Assembly: GCA_036172245.1 (NCBI GenBank)
Contig: JAYWIR010000040.1
Span: 1,550,001 to 1,614,000 of the forward strand
DNA from: Raillietiella orientalis
Lineage: Eukaryota
DNA length: 64,000 bases
Direction: 5' to 3'
Shown: one piece after another, positions 1 to 14,539 of the stretch
Layout: every line of letters starts with the position of its first letter
How positions within the stretch are numbered: position 1 is the stretch's first letter
The notes under the pieces: generated by a model
Told to the model about the DNA's origin: nothing
What the model saw: the letters and a program-made list of their open reading frames with translations, nothing else
Databases searched by the model: none
Translations under genes and position numbers: made by a program

Positions 1-1149
1 CACAACCACGCGGTGGAACAAGTATTGACGACGTGGTAAGGTGGAAGGAAAACGACAGCTACACTCTTATCCAACAAACACACCAATATCGGACACTTGA
101 AAACATTCGTTTGGAATCAGCTATACGTAAATGTCCCCCCCCCCCCTACTTCCATTACAGTATTCTGCATGCTGTGCTGTGTTGGATCTATGCCGCACAA
201 AAGGCAAAAGACCCCCCATAGGGGCCGAGCTCTTAGAGCTCAACGTTTCCAGACTGATGCTCGACTATTCCTCTCCGAGTTTCGTTCGTGTTTAGCCCTC
301 GTTCGAAATTCCTGGGTTGCTTCCATTTCATAAACAGAATTTCTGTGATAATTCCATAGTCCTTGAGCTTAATTTCACATACAAGTTTTACCGAGTTGTC
401 GAAATGCGAGCTTCTAAAGGTGCAACAAATAATCTGACAAAAGGGCAGAAGACCCCAGTCAAAGGGCTGTTCGATGGTACAGAAGGAATCCGACACCAGA
501 AACTAAATATCGATTATCTGCAAACGAAAAAGTGAGTTCTGAATACAGCTCAAGATTGAGCCGATGGAGCAAAACCAATGCAAATGCCGGACTAGATCGG
601 GGTGCTCGTGCAATATAGGCGAGAAGAATATGTTGAATATGTTGGAAAAATCAACAGCACAATACAACTCCGCGCAAAGATGCCTATTAATTTGAACAGC
701 ATGATGGTCGCTGACATTGGTTACTCGTAAGAGTTCGCACCTTAAAAAGCACAACACGAATACTTGCTGGTGGTTGATCATCATTTTGCAATTCCAGCAT
801 TTCGCAATCCGAAGGCACTCCATAAAAGATACTTGCGTTGAATATCTCCCATGAGAGCAAACAGCTAGGAACATACTATGACTAGGAAGACTCTGATTGG
901 AATCCACTTAAGGAACCACAGAATGGCATGGTGGAACAAGCAGGTGGTCAATTTAGGCATTTGGCGCTCGGCAGATAATAGTTCAGATAGCAATGTTCTT
1001 GAAGCATCACTTATGCACTTGGAGATTTTGATAAGCATCAGCAACAAAAACCATACTAGAGAAGTAGAAGATTGCTGCTTCCCCTTACATAAATTAACAA
1101 ATCTGAGCGATCAATGTATTCCCTTTGAGACTTGCAGAAAGGCAGAAAA

Positions 1150-1800
1150 TTGAGAAGCAATCTGCAGTGCCAGCAGACAAGTCCCGACTGAATGAAAAAT
1201 GCAGCTTCAGAAAAATCAATGAGGAAATGTAGCTCAAAAAAAATATTTTGGAGTCGAATCAATTCCAACATTTCCAACACCGAAAGCATTAAACGAGGAA
1301 TTCGGTCCATGGACGGAAAAATCAGTCACTCCGGAACCACAGCTAGATCACGGATTTTTGAAGCAGAGGATGGATCCCAAACCGGAAAGCGTGGAATTAC
1401 GATATTGGAAGTAATCGAATGAGGGCTGACCAGTGTTTCGGGATAACAAACAGGTCTCAAGATGGTCAACTTGCGAGGAAAAAGTCGGATGATTCGTCGT
1501 CAAGCGGTGTACAAAAGAAGAGCGAAAGCGATGAAGATCGACTATGGAGCGGTGGAGCCCTAAAGTACATAAAGGCAATGGAGGTCCAAGTGAATCCAAG
1601 CTGTACGAATGTACGGACACAACTTCTCTCACAGAAATAGACGCGAACGTTCCAGGTGAAGTAGGGAAAAAGAACAAGAAACATTCCGGATGCAGAAATG
1701 ATGCGTGTCTTTTACATCTTTCATGTAATTCTTTACCGATGCATGGCAGCTGCTTTCTTCCCCTTTGAGCACAATTCTTCAGCATGCTGTTAAAACTGTA
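1150..1800 (+). mobile_element. possible highly degenerate LTR-retrotransposon integrase remnant
   Basis: Broken-frame fragments KKIFWSRINSNI (cf. integrase Zn-binding ..WP.I..DI) and SPKVHKGNG (cf. SPYHPQ.NG). Weak, by-eye resemblance only. Confidence 0.25.
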
Positions 1801-3638
1801 AGCTCTTACCAAGACGGCGCACATTCCAATGAAAAGCAGATAGTCAGGAAACAAGCATCAGAAAGTGATTTCTTCAGTACAACCCACCAAGGTGATGACC
1901 TTGGTTGGTCCTGAGACTGCACAAAGATTTCCGTTTCGCAAATCACAATTTCATGGGTTCCTATCTTTGGGGACAGCTCGTTCGGGAGAACGTGGAATGG
2001 CTCGATGCTGCTAAGATGCGGATCTGTCATCACATTCCTAATTTTTGCAAACCAGAGCGTTTTGTCTTGAAGACCAACCTCGCTTGATTAGCAAGAAAGG
2101 TAAGGGCTGGAAGAGACCTCAAGGGTTAAACGTGATCTTCACCTTTCAGTTTGAGGATGGCTTGCGCGACCCTAAGTGAACATTGTGGTGATTTGGGACG
2201 CAAACATTTTCATGTAACAAATGAAAACGAGAATTTCATTGCAAAAGAAGAGAAATAAGATATGCAGAAATAATTTCCTCCAAGAATTTTCCATAAATCG
2301 CATGCGGAGAAACCGTCAAAACACACGGAAATGCGGTCGACATTTCACCAAGTATGCACATTAATGTTCATACATCACTTATGATTTCAAAAGATTTTCG
2401 GATTCGCACACCAGCAAACAAACTTACACAATGAGTGTCATTAATAATCTCTTGGGCAGTCGCAAAAACGGAAACCTTGAGAATCAATTATATAATTATT
2501 TTTAAATGCATGGCAGACCCCTGTAAGTAGAGAAACCTTTTTCGGGAATACACTAACCAGTTATGTGTCCTGATATTCTAAGATGAGATAATGCTGAAGG
2601 ATGCACATAAAACGAAATTGTTTGCCTACATAAAATGTATGCTGCAAATCCTCAGGAATGAATTTTTTTAATTTGGTGAGAAATCTTTTTTTTTAAAGCT
2701 TCTAAATGTTGGTCAATATATCAGCTATTCTTGATAGGTCACCTCACAAAGAATTCACATGAAACTAAACTGGAAACGATATCGTTAGGTGAAAATTACT
2801 TGCATTTACTCGTAAAAAGATTCAAAGATAATGAATACCAACTTTTTAAACGGCCTGAGGCAATATATTTTATTGAATTCGAAGCAAACATTCCATGAAG
2901 ATTAAAAGACCTATTCTTCAGAGAATTGTTTACATTTTGAGCCAACCTCTACATGTCTTTACAATACACATTGCAAAATCCTATACACAGAAAGAAAACA
3001 GTGTACATGGTACTGGGAATTGAAATTTAAAGTATCAAAAATTTAAAATTAGATAGTTATGGCTATAAGGATTAGTGACTGATAAGGATGGCATAAACTG
3101 GTAATTAATAATGCAAAATTCTTTGCATTGGAGAATCTTAAATAATTAAATACAACAAATCGCACATGGGCATTTCACAAATCATGGAGTGTTCATAAAC
3201 AGAAAGTGTACACAATCATCTTAAAATATTCTTATCTTAAAATAGTCTTCAGCATCAAATGAAACACAATGATGTGATACTTATTTTTTATTAGAAATTG
3301 ATCAGAGTATTATGGAAAAATTATGGAGCGTCTGCAAAATATGCTCTAAAGCAATCTTTAATTTTAAGTAATCCTTAAGTTAATGATATCTTACAAATTG
3401 GAACACACCACAAATTTGCATGGATGTAACATTAGCTTAGGTTACTAGGTTAATTTTTCAGCAGCTAAACATTCATTGCACTTAAAACATTCATTTTTCC
3501 CAATACACCAATTCTCAATTTAGCAGGTTAAGCAGAAACAACAGATACACATTCAGTACTGCAATTCATCACTTGACAAAAAATGATGAAAACAATATGA
3601 TTTTATTTGCATGTATAAATTCGTACAAAAGCATTTAC

Positions 3639-4262
3639 CATAAGGAAATAAAACTTTCAGGGCTTGCAGGTGCTTCATTTTGTATAATAAATAATATAAT
3701 TCCAAAACTGTATGATTCTGAATGCTCCACTTGTTTAATAAACAATCTGTGGGTGACAAGTGTCTAAATTTGGTATTTGAAATATCCGTGATCATCATGG
3801 AATTCAACTTCATCTGTATTCCAGCTAAAAAGAAAATATTCCTTTAACATTTTCTTCAGCAAATCATCGCGATAGCTACTTCAAATATGAATGTGAGCTT
3901 GCCTTAAATTTTTTTGGTCATACAAATTTCTTCCCACTTTGTAGTAAATGGGAGAACAGTATTCATTCATACCTCTAATAAATACATCTTAGAAATTATG
4001 ATGAATTAATACTTTGTAGTATTTACGACTATTTATGATGAACTGTCGGATAATACAGGCTTAACAACTAAATAATACGATACAATCTTAAAACTAAGTA
4101 ATAAATTCAGCACTTGTAAACAAAATATCCAGTTGGGGGAATCTCATCGAATTTGTCCAAACACTGCATTTCCTACATACCTAAATCTTTCCAAGCATCC
4201 TCAGCATCTAAAATTATGCACAGTTCTTTCCTGACTTGAAAGGGTAACTCATAAATGTACAT
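3639..4262 (-). CDS. pll: Pelle/IRAK-family death-domain protein, 5' part only (coding exons 1-2)
   Basis: Exon 4262-4181 (MYIYELPFQVRKELCIILDAEDAWKDL, donor gtatgt) joins in phase 1 to exon 3824-3639 (AGIQMKLN...SPTDCLLNKWSIQNHTVLELYYLLYKMKHLQALKVLFPY, donor gtaaat). The YIY.LP and SPT..LL.KW..QNHTVLEL motifs are typical of arthropod Pelle death domains. No kinase exons were found in the window. Confidence 0.8.
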
Positions 4263-7199
4263 GACGATGAGTTTTAATCTACATCAAAGTACTTTTGCAA
4301 TAAAATGCACCGATCACAATCAAGAAACGAATCATGATCTACACAGATGATTACCAGGACTGAAAATTAACAAATGATGACTGACTAAACATGATAAGCA
4401 ATAATCATTACACTACTGCACTGCATCGCCCAACTCGCTAACGTACGTCAATGACGAAAATCATCCAAACACAAGTGGCACCACCATGAACAACTATTTC
4501 GAGATTACATGACATCACGAAATATTTGATGACATCCATCAAATCTCTGATGGAAGCCTTTTAGGGATGCATACAGAGCCACACTGCTGAAAGAGTGACA
4601 ACTCCTTTACCCTCTCTTTTGGCAGCACGGCCAATTCAAAAAGAGGAAGCTCAGTTTTAGGCTAGAAAAAATGGTATAGGGATGAAATCTTTGGATCCAT
4701 TCCTTCTACCCTTTGGAATAGGACTTCCATATACACAGCTGGTCCCCAATGCATGAACAGATTCCCATACTTAGAAATTAGTTGAGGATTCACTGCTGCA
4801 TGCATTATGAGTTGGAATTAGAATCTTAAGTCAGTCCACGAATGCATGCTCGACCCATAGCCTAAGCCACGTAGTACACATTATAATAATTAGAAAATGT
4901 AATAATTAGAAAATATATTTAAAGTGCTTGTTTCGATGTTCTTAGCATCACAAAACATAAGAATGAGAAAATGGGGTTTTCCACACTATGCCACAAATGC
5001 CACACTATTCTCCAAGGAATTTCTAGTAAGCCAATATTAGAATGGCGGCGTTAAGAGAGGACAAAATCTTGAAGAGTTCAAGTCTTGGCTCTACAAGAAG
5101 TTTTCTGGGTCTCCGTGAAATCCCAAGATAGAGTTTCTTCCTCGTTACTTTGTAGTTTGAACGAAGCAATCTCCAACTAAAATTACCACTCCTCGATCCA
5201 TTGTCTGCTCCAAGAAGACATGTATGGAGGAAAAAAAACAAATGTGATAACAGCATATAAAATCAGCTGGCAAACTAAGTGTCCGTTGTTTGATACAGAG
5301 AAAATTTTGAAGATAAGATTTATCCTTGCTTTAGTCGCAAAACATTAAGAGAACCAATCTCCAAAAGTAGCGAAATTTATCCCAGGAATGGGAATCGATC
5401 GATGAACAGTGGACAAAAAAAGCTTCCTAATTACTCATAACGTAAAGGTGTTATCCGAAGAGTGAAAAAGCTTGGCTTAAATTGGAACTCTCACTCCATT
5501 CCTTACGATTAAAAACGGACTTTCTTCGTTTCCTTTTTGCGAGGCACAGTTTTTTCTTCAGTGAAGACGTGAAACCTCCTTGAAATCTTTTCCTCTGTAG
5601 TTAAGAAAGGACTCCTAAACTATACAGAAAGAGAACCAATTGGCTATGTTTTCCTTAGCATTCATCTTCTCCACTCACTTTAATGCTATATGAAATCGTT
5701 TTCGCTTTGAACCGTGTTGTATGCTACAGCATCCCTCAACTTGAAATGGAATTCCAACACTTTCCCTCAACTTCCTTCCAACCATTGACACTGTAGAGTT
5801 GTGAAAAATTATTTACTCAAATAGTCATACAATCAAAACAAAGTTCCATTACATACTTTCGTCATTTTTCTTATTAGAAGTCTGTTCAGCAAGGTTGGCT
5901 TGAGGAAAAATGTAAGGGGAATAAAAAAAATGAGAATTAATATTAGAAAAAAAGTGCATTCGTCCTGTACTTTCATGAAAAATAGGAGCTTTGTCTTGAC
6001 ATAGCTTGGCCTTTGCTGGCACTCCACTTTTTGTTGATATTATCGAGTCACAACATGGGAAATTTTTTTTTTATTTCTCATTGATATCTTTTCTTTGATA
6101 TTAGTTATGTGCTATAGTCTAAAGTCTCTTGGCATGTTCAAAAATCCCATTTGCGCTTCCTGATGCTGTAGTTAAAGATTTATCCAGTCCAAAGATGCAC
6201 TGCTGATTTGTGTAGACTTTCTTTTTCTTGCAGTTTGGATGCAATGTCTGCTTTGCAATCATATTCTTCCAACATATTCTATGATGCGAAGTGCATCACT
6301 AGCAACACTCTAAACGACCACCTGAACTGACCACTGTCTCCAAAAGGTAGGCAGCAAACATCCACGTTACAGCACAAACCTACTGCACTCCTGCGACGAG
6401 ATAGGGGCTCTAGAAGCTTCCAAGAGGGTTTGCGTACATATGCGAGTCGGAGCCCATCTCCTTACAGTAATAATCTTATTGAGATTTAGTTCTATGAGTG
6501 GATGTTTGTAACTCATCTAACTTCGGGAATATTCTTGATGTGGCTACAGATGCTGGATCTCAGTTATATATCTTTTAGAAAAAGACGAATATGCTGCATT
6601 TCATCCATGTGAAAATAGTTCCTGCAATTGTACTTTGATTTCAATGAGGAAATTTGCGCATTCACTGTCCAGAAGTTCTTTTAATAGAAATCAGAGCTAA
6701 GATGTTTGCATATTCGCATCGTAACGGTAGATAATTGGTGATGTGCTCTTTAGGAGCTTAGGCAACTTCGTTGCTTCTTGCTAAACTCTCACACAACGTT
6801 CTTTTCGATTTCAAATGAAATCACTGCTTTTCAATCATAACCGTTCCGGAAATTCATTACTCGACCCTTCTTTCGACTTGAAATTATTTCGAAAAATCAG
6901 ATGAAGAAACTTTAATGGTTGGGTCAAACAAGGAAGCATCGCTGTTAAATGATCATGAAAATGATCGATCAAGAGTGAACCCGTGATTTTGATGCATCCG
7001 TTGCCTCAGTTTTATTTACTAGGATGTATTCTAACTCTATTGATTGTTTTAGTCACAAAAATCAACACGATGGTGGATTAAACCTAATTATTTACTAAAC
7101 ATAGTGCTTGCTTATACTGAAGAAGGAGACAAAACAGAAACTAGATATGCGTAAGGTATTCATGTCCCAAGTGTGTGACTTTCTTGTTTGCACCCATTA

Positions 7200-8400
7200 A
7201 AAGCACCGGTCGTGGCTAATCCGGTGACCTTAGTATCCCTTGAATTCAATGAAGCATTGGTGGACATAATGACTCGTCACTCCCCCCATGTCACCACTGT
7301 CCATATAGATATCCGCAAAATTAACTACAGGTTTCCAGTCAGATTCCATTGGAACTTTGTAGACGATACAAAACAATTTACTCCAGGCTAGTCATACTGA
7401 TACAATCCAGTTACTCATATTACAGAGATGTAAGATCCGAAAGCCAAACGTCAAAGCAATACAAAATCTTTGGGTCATATTGCTTTTTTTTTTACTTGCG
7501 CATCAACAGTACATTGAAAAACAACCATAACTAGATTTTAAAAGTTTCGAGATTATGAGAGAAAGTCTCGTTCCTTCTTTCTGGTGGATGGTAGCAGTTT
7601 CATTCGTTTCGATCCCATTGCAAGTCTAACGTAAAAAATGCTAGAGAGGGCAATTCCCATCCTAATTTCTATCACCAGTTTAAAACAGTAGGTCTATAAA
7701 TCCTTTTTCCTTTTCAAACTAGTTACATAGCGGGGCGAAACACCTACATTAATAACTTCAATCACGTATGGAGTCAAATTTCATTATCTTCATAATCAAA
7801 CTCTCTTTCTCTTATGGACATTGAGCAGTACTGCTACTCGCACTCTTAATTCTCCCATCTGAAGTGAGCTGATCCTCCAGCAACTCGACATGAATAACTT
7901 ACTGAATCTCTCTATGTAACAAATATGTTAACCAATTCATTTTCCCTTCTCGTACTGTTGCAGATGGTACACAGTGTGCACATCATAGATCATGGGCAAT
8001 ACTCAAAAACACGTTAGACAGTACACCTTCATGAGATGCCATGGATGGCGCAAAATCAGGGCTCCTCGACTATCCTTTCTTCATATTTCATTCACAATTA
8101 CACTCAAACTTCTGATCGAGAATGGGTCATGGTCTCCAAGACTGAAATTGAAATCAAGATAATGCCAGAACTAAGTCAAGACTCCGCCATGAATCATCAG
8201 CTTAATCGACGCTTATATGAAACTCATCTTACTGGGAGGGGACAGTTCATCCAATCCATCATCATATCTTTGAATGATTAACAGCATTTGAATGCCATCC
8301 CGCATTTTTTTTGGTTTGTATTGGGATGTCCACAGTTTTTCCAAATAATTTCGTTTCGTTTGCGTAGAATGAAAAAATAGAATAACTTGAAAATCTTTGA
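7200..8400 (-). mobile_element. possible degenerate Ty3/gypsy integrase remnant
   Basis: Minus-strand fragment LPMIYDVHTVYHLQQ...ERFSKLFM loosely matches the WP.M..DV..YV..C..CQ...PF..V..D integrase layout. Many stops; approximate boundaries. Confidence 0.3.
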
Positions 8401-9799
8401 ATTTGTTTCTTTGTACTTTTCATATCTTCAAATCCATCAGTGGCTCTACAGGGACTTTGTGATTTCCCTCTCATTAGCCGTAACCCAAGTGATTAATCCA
8501 TTTGAATGAACATCATTAAAAACGATAGCTGGGGTTGGATCTACTTATGGAGATAGAAAGGTGTAATAAGTGATTGCTGGATGCGTAATAGACAAATTCA
8601 TCAAAAGAATTATTATTTTTTTTTTTGTGTGTGTGTGTGCCGCTACTACATTAAGAGACAGGTCTTGATTAAATGCTGGGTTCCGTTTGTACAAAGCACT
8701 GACACGAATATAGTAAAGTTCTCAGTGCTTATCTTTTGCAGTTTTTGTTAAATCAAATTTCTCAAGTAGATGGGCGTGGGATGTCTTTGAAAATAAATGA
8801 CTGAAGACGTCCTGCAATTATCACAGTGGTAAATAAATGAATAGATATATATATAAAATAGCGCTAAGAAACAGGTAAATTCTACTATAATTTCGGATTT
8901 CGAAAAGAAAACGAATGAGCTTAGCGAATTTGTCTTTCAACTAATGGGTGAACTCCTGAGAATCTGGTAACCCACGAAACGATCTCATTTTTTCTCCATT
9001 GTTCCTTGTGTACACGCAGTACGCGATGGGATCGAATACGAAAATCTGCCTTCATATGAATTCACATTCCGTACGATATTCGCTAGTTCAATCCAGCGAA
9101 AAGAACGTAAGGGCAATGACAAGGAATAGGGAGGTGTTTCAAATTCCATAGCCGACTAAAAGCGACAATTGGTTGCTCGTATATGTACTCAAAAATTGGC
9201 AACTGGTACAAACTACTGCTCAAATCAAAGCCTTCGTAAACAGTACGCATTCAACAAACTGGAGATGGTCATTCAGTTTGTTAGGTGTTTGAAATTTCAT
9301 ATTTTGGTTCGACGAGTTTTGAATGGTCAAACCTTTCCAGTACGCAGGGAAATCCATACGTACTGAAATTTTAGAGTTACTTGAATGCTTGCACGAATCT
9401 CTTTGCTATTACAAATTTTGCTTCTTGCAGTTCGTGTTTTCTTCCTTGCCATCGAGTGGTATGAGTAATTGCTTATAATGCCATAATATAATGCATATGT
9501 TTGCTATCATATCAACATTATTTTTAATCTTATATATCACAAATATATGTCTTATATGCCAGTGTATATCGTAACCTTGTATAGCATTCGAGAGCTGACA
9601 CGTGTGTCCACTATGCGAGGCGGAAATAAGCCATCTAAAAATTTGATTCTCTAAACTGCAGAGGTGATTCAGTTGCTTTTATATGTTGTCCTCGTGAGGG
9701 TGCTTGTAAGTCGTTTGGTCCTCGGTATATATTCTGATAAATTGAATCATTTTCCATCTCCTGCTCTCTTTATTTAGATGGCGTGAATTTCCTTTTCCC

Positions 9800-11100
9800 G
9801 TGATATACTGTTATTTGGAATGTGTACGTTGGTACTTTTGCGATGCTGCTGAAAATGAGTTTCCCGCCTCTGAAGAGTACCACACAAACAGTGTTCTGAT
9901 GTGAGCAACGGCAATCTGGTTGATGAAACCATGTTCACAGATGCAAGTCCTTCACTTGCACATCTGTAAATCTCGCATGAAATGGTAAGCAAGCGACCAC
10001 TTTCAATTTTACAATGGAGACTAAGCATATGCCTTCCTCCAGTTCCGAGGCATTCGGTAGTCTTTGCAGCGCATACGCAGCATGGTGCAGAAGAAATCCA
10101 AAAGTCTGCCGCAGAAACCTCCGGTATTTTTATGGTTTGGTTTCGGGAGGAATCTTCCGCATTTTTCAAGACAGTGAACTTTGGAGCATACGCTGATTCC
10201 GTCAGTTTTCCTACTACTCGCACTGTGGCCAAACCACGACTACTGACCATAGTCAATCCATAAATGCCAAATCACGATTCAGTCCAATTTCGTTTTCCCA
10301 ATCCCATTCAAGGCATTCCAAGCTTTTCTAAGTTACTAATCCAGAAATTCAGTATGTTTGCACGCTGTCGAACACAAAAACTCAACAGAGAGAATACTCT
10401 TTGGAAGGATACGCTGTGCTTTTCTTATGCCTTCGACCACTTCATAAAATAATCATCCGTGGATCCATTCACAGAAGCACCTAGCAAGGGGAGAAACTTC
10501 CAATGTGATCTAAAGGATTACTCCGGAATCTAAAGTATTTGAAAGCAAGCCTTTGATGATCAGCAAAAAAAGAGCAGCGTTTCATTGAATTCAAAACTCG
10601 CAGTTCAGCTGGAAAACGGATAGAGCCTGGTACGTTCTTCAGCATTGAAACGCACCACGTACAGCTCCGTGCCTTTTAGTGTCCAAATACACCAGAGAAG
10701 TTGACCATAGATTCTATTTGCGATACAAGTGTTTAAATTCAGCTCATCACTCTTGACTTGTCTGCGAGCTATTACTTCCTCTCTAGCCTGTCCATGAGGA
10801 AATATTACAGGAAAAAACCAGGAGGCCTTCTATTCTTTCTGCCAACCTTAGCACCATAATTCCGACAGTCTATTACACCAAGAACTTCACAAATCCTTTT
10901 ACACCCCACTACGTGAAGGTGTGTCAAGGTTTCTCATCTGCAAAGACACAACTAAAGGCAAACCTGTCAACCCTGCTCACATAGGTTTCCAAAGTCCAAC
11001 TGATCTTCTAAAGCCAGAACCAGCCATCTCATACCAACAAATCCTGGGAATTCTGAAATTCTTCGTTTCAAAATTATGCAATAGTTTTACTTAAGGAGAT
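9800..11100 (-). mobile_element. old non-LTR (L1/Tx1-like) ORF2 remnant
   Basis: Minus-strand order of DCRNYGAKV (cf. DYKILAKV), FFADH (cf. FADD) and C-terminal CLCGTLQRRETHF (cf. C..C...ET..H zinc knuckle). Heavily disrupted. Confidence 0.35.
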
Positions 11101-12222
11101 CGTGTTTAGACATGTCAGGGACACCCTAGTCCCAAGGCAAAGTAGCAAGGGTAAAACAGAAAGTCAAACTTCTCTGACATTTAAAAAAAAAAAAAATGAA
11201 AACCTTCCGTATGGTTCCATGCATGTAGTCAAAGATCACGCTTCCAACAGTGGACAAGTATTCGCCCGATAGGAGCGCAGAAGCAACAGCCTTCAACACA
11301 GAGAAGCAGTCCAGGACTCACGAAGATGCAGGTGCTGTAAATACCATGTAAAACACAATCCATGCATCGATGTGCAAACTTGAATAATTATATTTAGGCA
11401 TTAGAATCACAACCCAGGGAACACCTCGAAAACCTTTGACGCTTCACCAAGGCCATCCGCCTCTCAACAAAAACCCTGCAAACGCAAGTTCACTTCGAAT
11501 CCTGAGAGCTACCCTCTCCGCTCCAAGTAAAGGCGCCGCCGAGGTCTCCACAAGGAAGATCTGGAGCACGCAAAGGAAGGTCTACCTGGGCAATCTACAA
11601 AACTGCTCGGATCGAAATAAAATAATGGACTTCAAGAGCCAAACCATTCTGATTGCCACTATGACACTGAGCGACTCAATTTCTCGACATTGAAGATATT
11701 CACTTAATACTCAGGCTCGCCTCCAACGAGTCGTGTAGAGGGTTTACACCTATCGTTTACATCCAATGGAATGACAGAAGTTCGAGAAAGTTCGAGAGCA
11801 ACATACCAAATATTACTCCAGCCGTATCCAATTTATTAAACAGCGCTTCGCATTTGGAGAAAAGACATCATTTTTAATCTGTGGAAAGCTTAGACTGCAA
11901 TAGTTACAAAAAGGCGCTTTGGATACAACTTTCAACACCAAGCACGAAGACTGTTTAAGGAGAGGGAGAGTGGATCAGATAGAAGTGCCTGTACTTTGGA
12001 AGGTGGGAGGGAGAACGTCATATTTAAATAATGAGAAAAGATCCACCTGAGTAACATATATTTTATGTTTTAAATGAATCAGCGACACCAGTCAAAGAGT
12101 TTCATTCCATTAATGAGACCATACCTCCAATATGCGTCAAGAACCTCCTTCATTTCTATAGATCCTTAATGACTTTCTCCAAGAGCTGAAAGTACCATTT
12201 TAAGAAAAGGACCACAGTTTTC

Positions 12223-12994
12223 AAAGATGGTGAACTATGCCTGGCCAGCACGACGCCAGGGGAAACTCTGGTGGAGGTCCGCAGTGATCCTAACGTGCAC
12301 ATTAGTGGTAAGAGCCGGGTATAGGAGAGAAAGACGAATCGAGCCATCTAGTAGCTGGTTCCCTTCGAAGTTTCCCTCAGGATAGCTGGCGCTCGCTGGA
12401 GCGGAAAAAGAACGGAGTCTCATCCGGTAAAGCGAATGATTAGAGGTCTTGGGGCAGAAATGACCTCAACCTATTCTCAAACTTTAAATGGGTGAGAAGT
12501 CCGGCTTGCTTGAAAGCTGAAGCTCGGACTGTCGGATCCATGAGCGCCCAGTGGGCCAATTTTGGTAAGCAGAACTGGCGCTGTGGAACGAACCAAACGT
12601 TGGGTTGGGAACCAACAAAACAGCGCCCGATACGACGCTCATCAGATCCTATGAAGTCGGAATCCACTAAGGAGTGTGTAACGAGTCAACTACCGAAGCA
12701 ACTAGCCCTGAAAATGGATGGCGCTTACGCGTCGAGCCTATACCCAACCGCCGGGACAGAGCCGTTCCTGCCTTCCGGGCGCGTTCCGGAGGACGGCAGG
12801 TTCCTCAGGTTCCGGCGAGTAGGAGGGTCGCAACGGTGCGCGCAGAAGGATTTGGGAGCGAGCTCGCCTGGAGCCGCCGTCGGCGCAGGTGGTAGTAGCA
12901 AATACTCCAGTGAGATCCTGGAGGTCTGATGTGGAGAAGGGTTTCATGCGAATCGCCTTTGAGCATGGTTCAGTCGATCCTAAGTCCCCGGAGA
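12223..12994 (+). rRNA. 28S (LSU) rRNA fragment, degenerate orphan/pseudogene copy (~770 nt)
   Basis: Eukaryotic LSU core strings are present: AAAGATGGTGAACTATGCC, CCATCTAGTAGCTGGTTCC, TTTTGGTAAGCAGAACTGGCG, AACTAGCCCTGAAAATGGATGGCGCT, GGTGGTAGTAGCAAATA. There are internal deletions and no flanking 18S, 5.8S or remaining 28S. Confidence 0.95.
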
Positions 12995-14539
12995 TTGATC
13001 ACACATTGAAAAATTTTCCAAAAACTTTTTCAATGTGTGATCATTCATGGCATGTCATTCCTAACGATATGCATACCGTAAGGCTTCCTTAATATCAGTA
13101 TCACTGAAGGCAGAACGACATGTCGAGTTCCGATCAACCTGCATGGCTTGTGGAAATTTTGGCAGACTGTGGACTAAGTGTAAGTGCCTCAACCATGGCA
13201 AAAAAAATGTCATCAAAAACGTGTTTATATGCCATACTACTATGCTCACATGATATCCAAAAAAAAAAAAAAAAAAAGGCAATACAATGCTACTAAACTC
13301 CTCAAAAATCTAATGGAACCATGAATGCTGCAGCAGTGTTCCTGTACTCAATGTATGTTGAAAGTCTCAGTTTACAAAAAGCATGTTATGTGAGTAGCTG
13401 TACGTTTAGTTTACATTCGGATTTACGTCAGTTAGAACAGAAACCAGGTTACTAAACGTTGAGGATATCTGAATATAATACTTTAATCTGCAAGACTTAC
13501 AGCACACTGAAAAATGCTTGAATGCGGTTACTTGTGGTTTGAATTGCCCAGTTTGAATCTCGGCTGGAAATCCCTAATTTCTGATTATCATTTATTGACT
13601 GATAAGTCAACAAATGAGTCTTATTTCAGATAAAGAAAATTCAACGTGGCGACCTAATTTGTAAGAAAAAAAAAACACCCCTGAGACATTTACTACCTGT
13701 TCCACCAAGGTACACAGTACTATTCAAAGGTTAAACCTCACTCAAAGGACTCTTTACCATTTATTCAGCTTCCAGTAAGAATCATATCCACTGCTCTTGA
13801 TACACAAATCAATTTTGGAAGGCAGGCAGTACAACCATCAACCATGGGTATTCAGAGCAAAACAAACCTGCTGGTATAACACTTGACAAAAACAAACATA
13901 ATGGCATACAGAACTATACAGTTTAAATAGTATTAATTCAAAACATGGTACATAATATAGTACCATATCTTCTGCAAAACATATTATAGCAGTTCCCTCT
14001 ACTACACAAAGATCACACCATAATGACCATTCTAGACCTACGATTTCTAGACCCAGCATACCCATTTATTGAAGCTACGACAGGTTTACTAAGCAGTATG
14101 TTTGAAAGTCTAAATTGTGCTGTGTTGGAGTACATTTTAAAAATTCTCACCATAAACCCTTCAGTCAGAGCATCAATTTTAGCATCAATTTTACTTAAAA
14201 GGCATTCACCTTTGCCAATCAAATGTTTACTCCTCCACTCTCATGATCCATTTGCATCTTTTATATTTTAGTCTGATAATGACTTGTGCATATACAACCA
14301 GAATGAATTGTGACATTACAAAAGTTATACAATTATCAAAAATGGTTTGCAAAGCACAGAAACTCACAAACAGGTAGAAAAGAAATTTACACAAGATGAC
14401 AGTAAAAATCAAGATGAATGAACTTGAAATGGAATCAGACATAATATTACTGAAACCACAAAATATTACTGAAAACAAGATAAACATCAATAAGACACTG
14501 ATATGAACTCATAGAGAAGCACACACAATCATTAAATGT

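Noticed and set aside
12223..12994. Functional rDNA unit, or the ORFs overlapping it
   Set aside because: It is an isolated internal fragment with deletions in conserved core; the overlapping ORFs are rRNA shadows.
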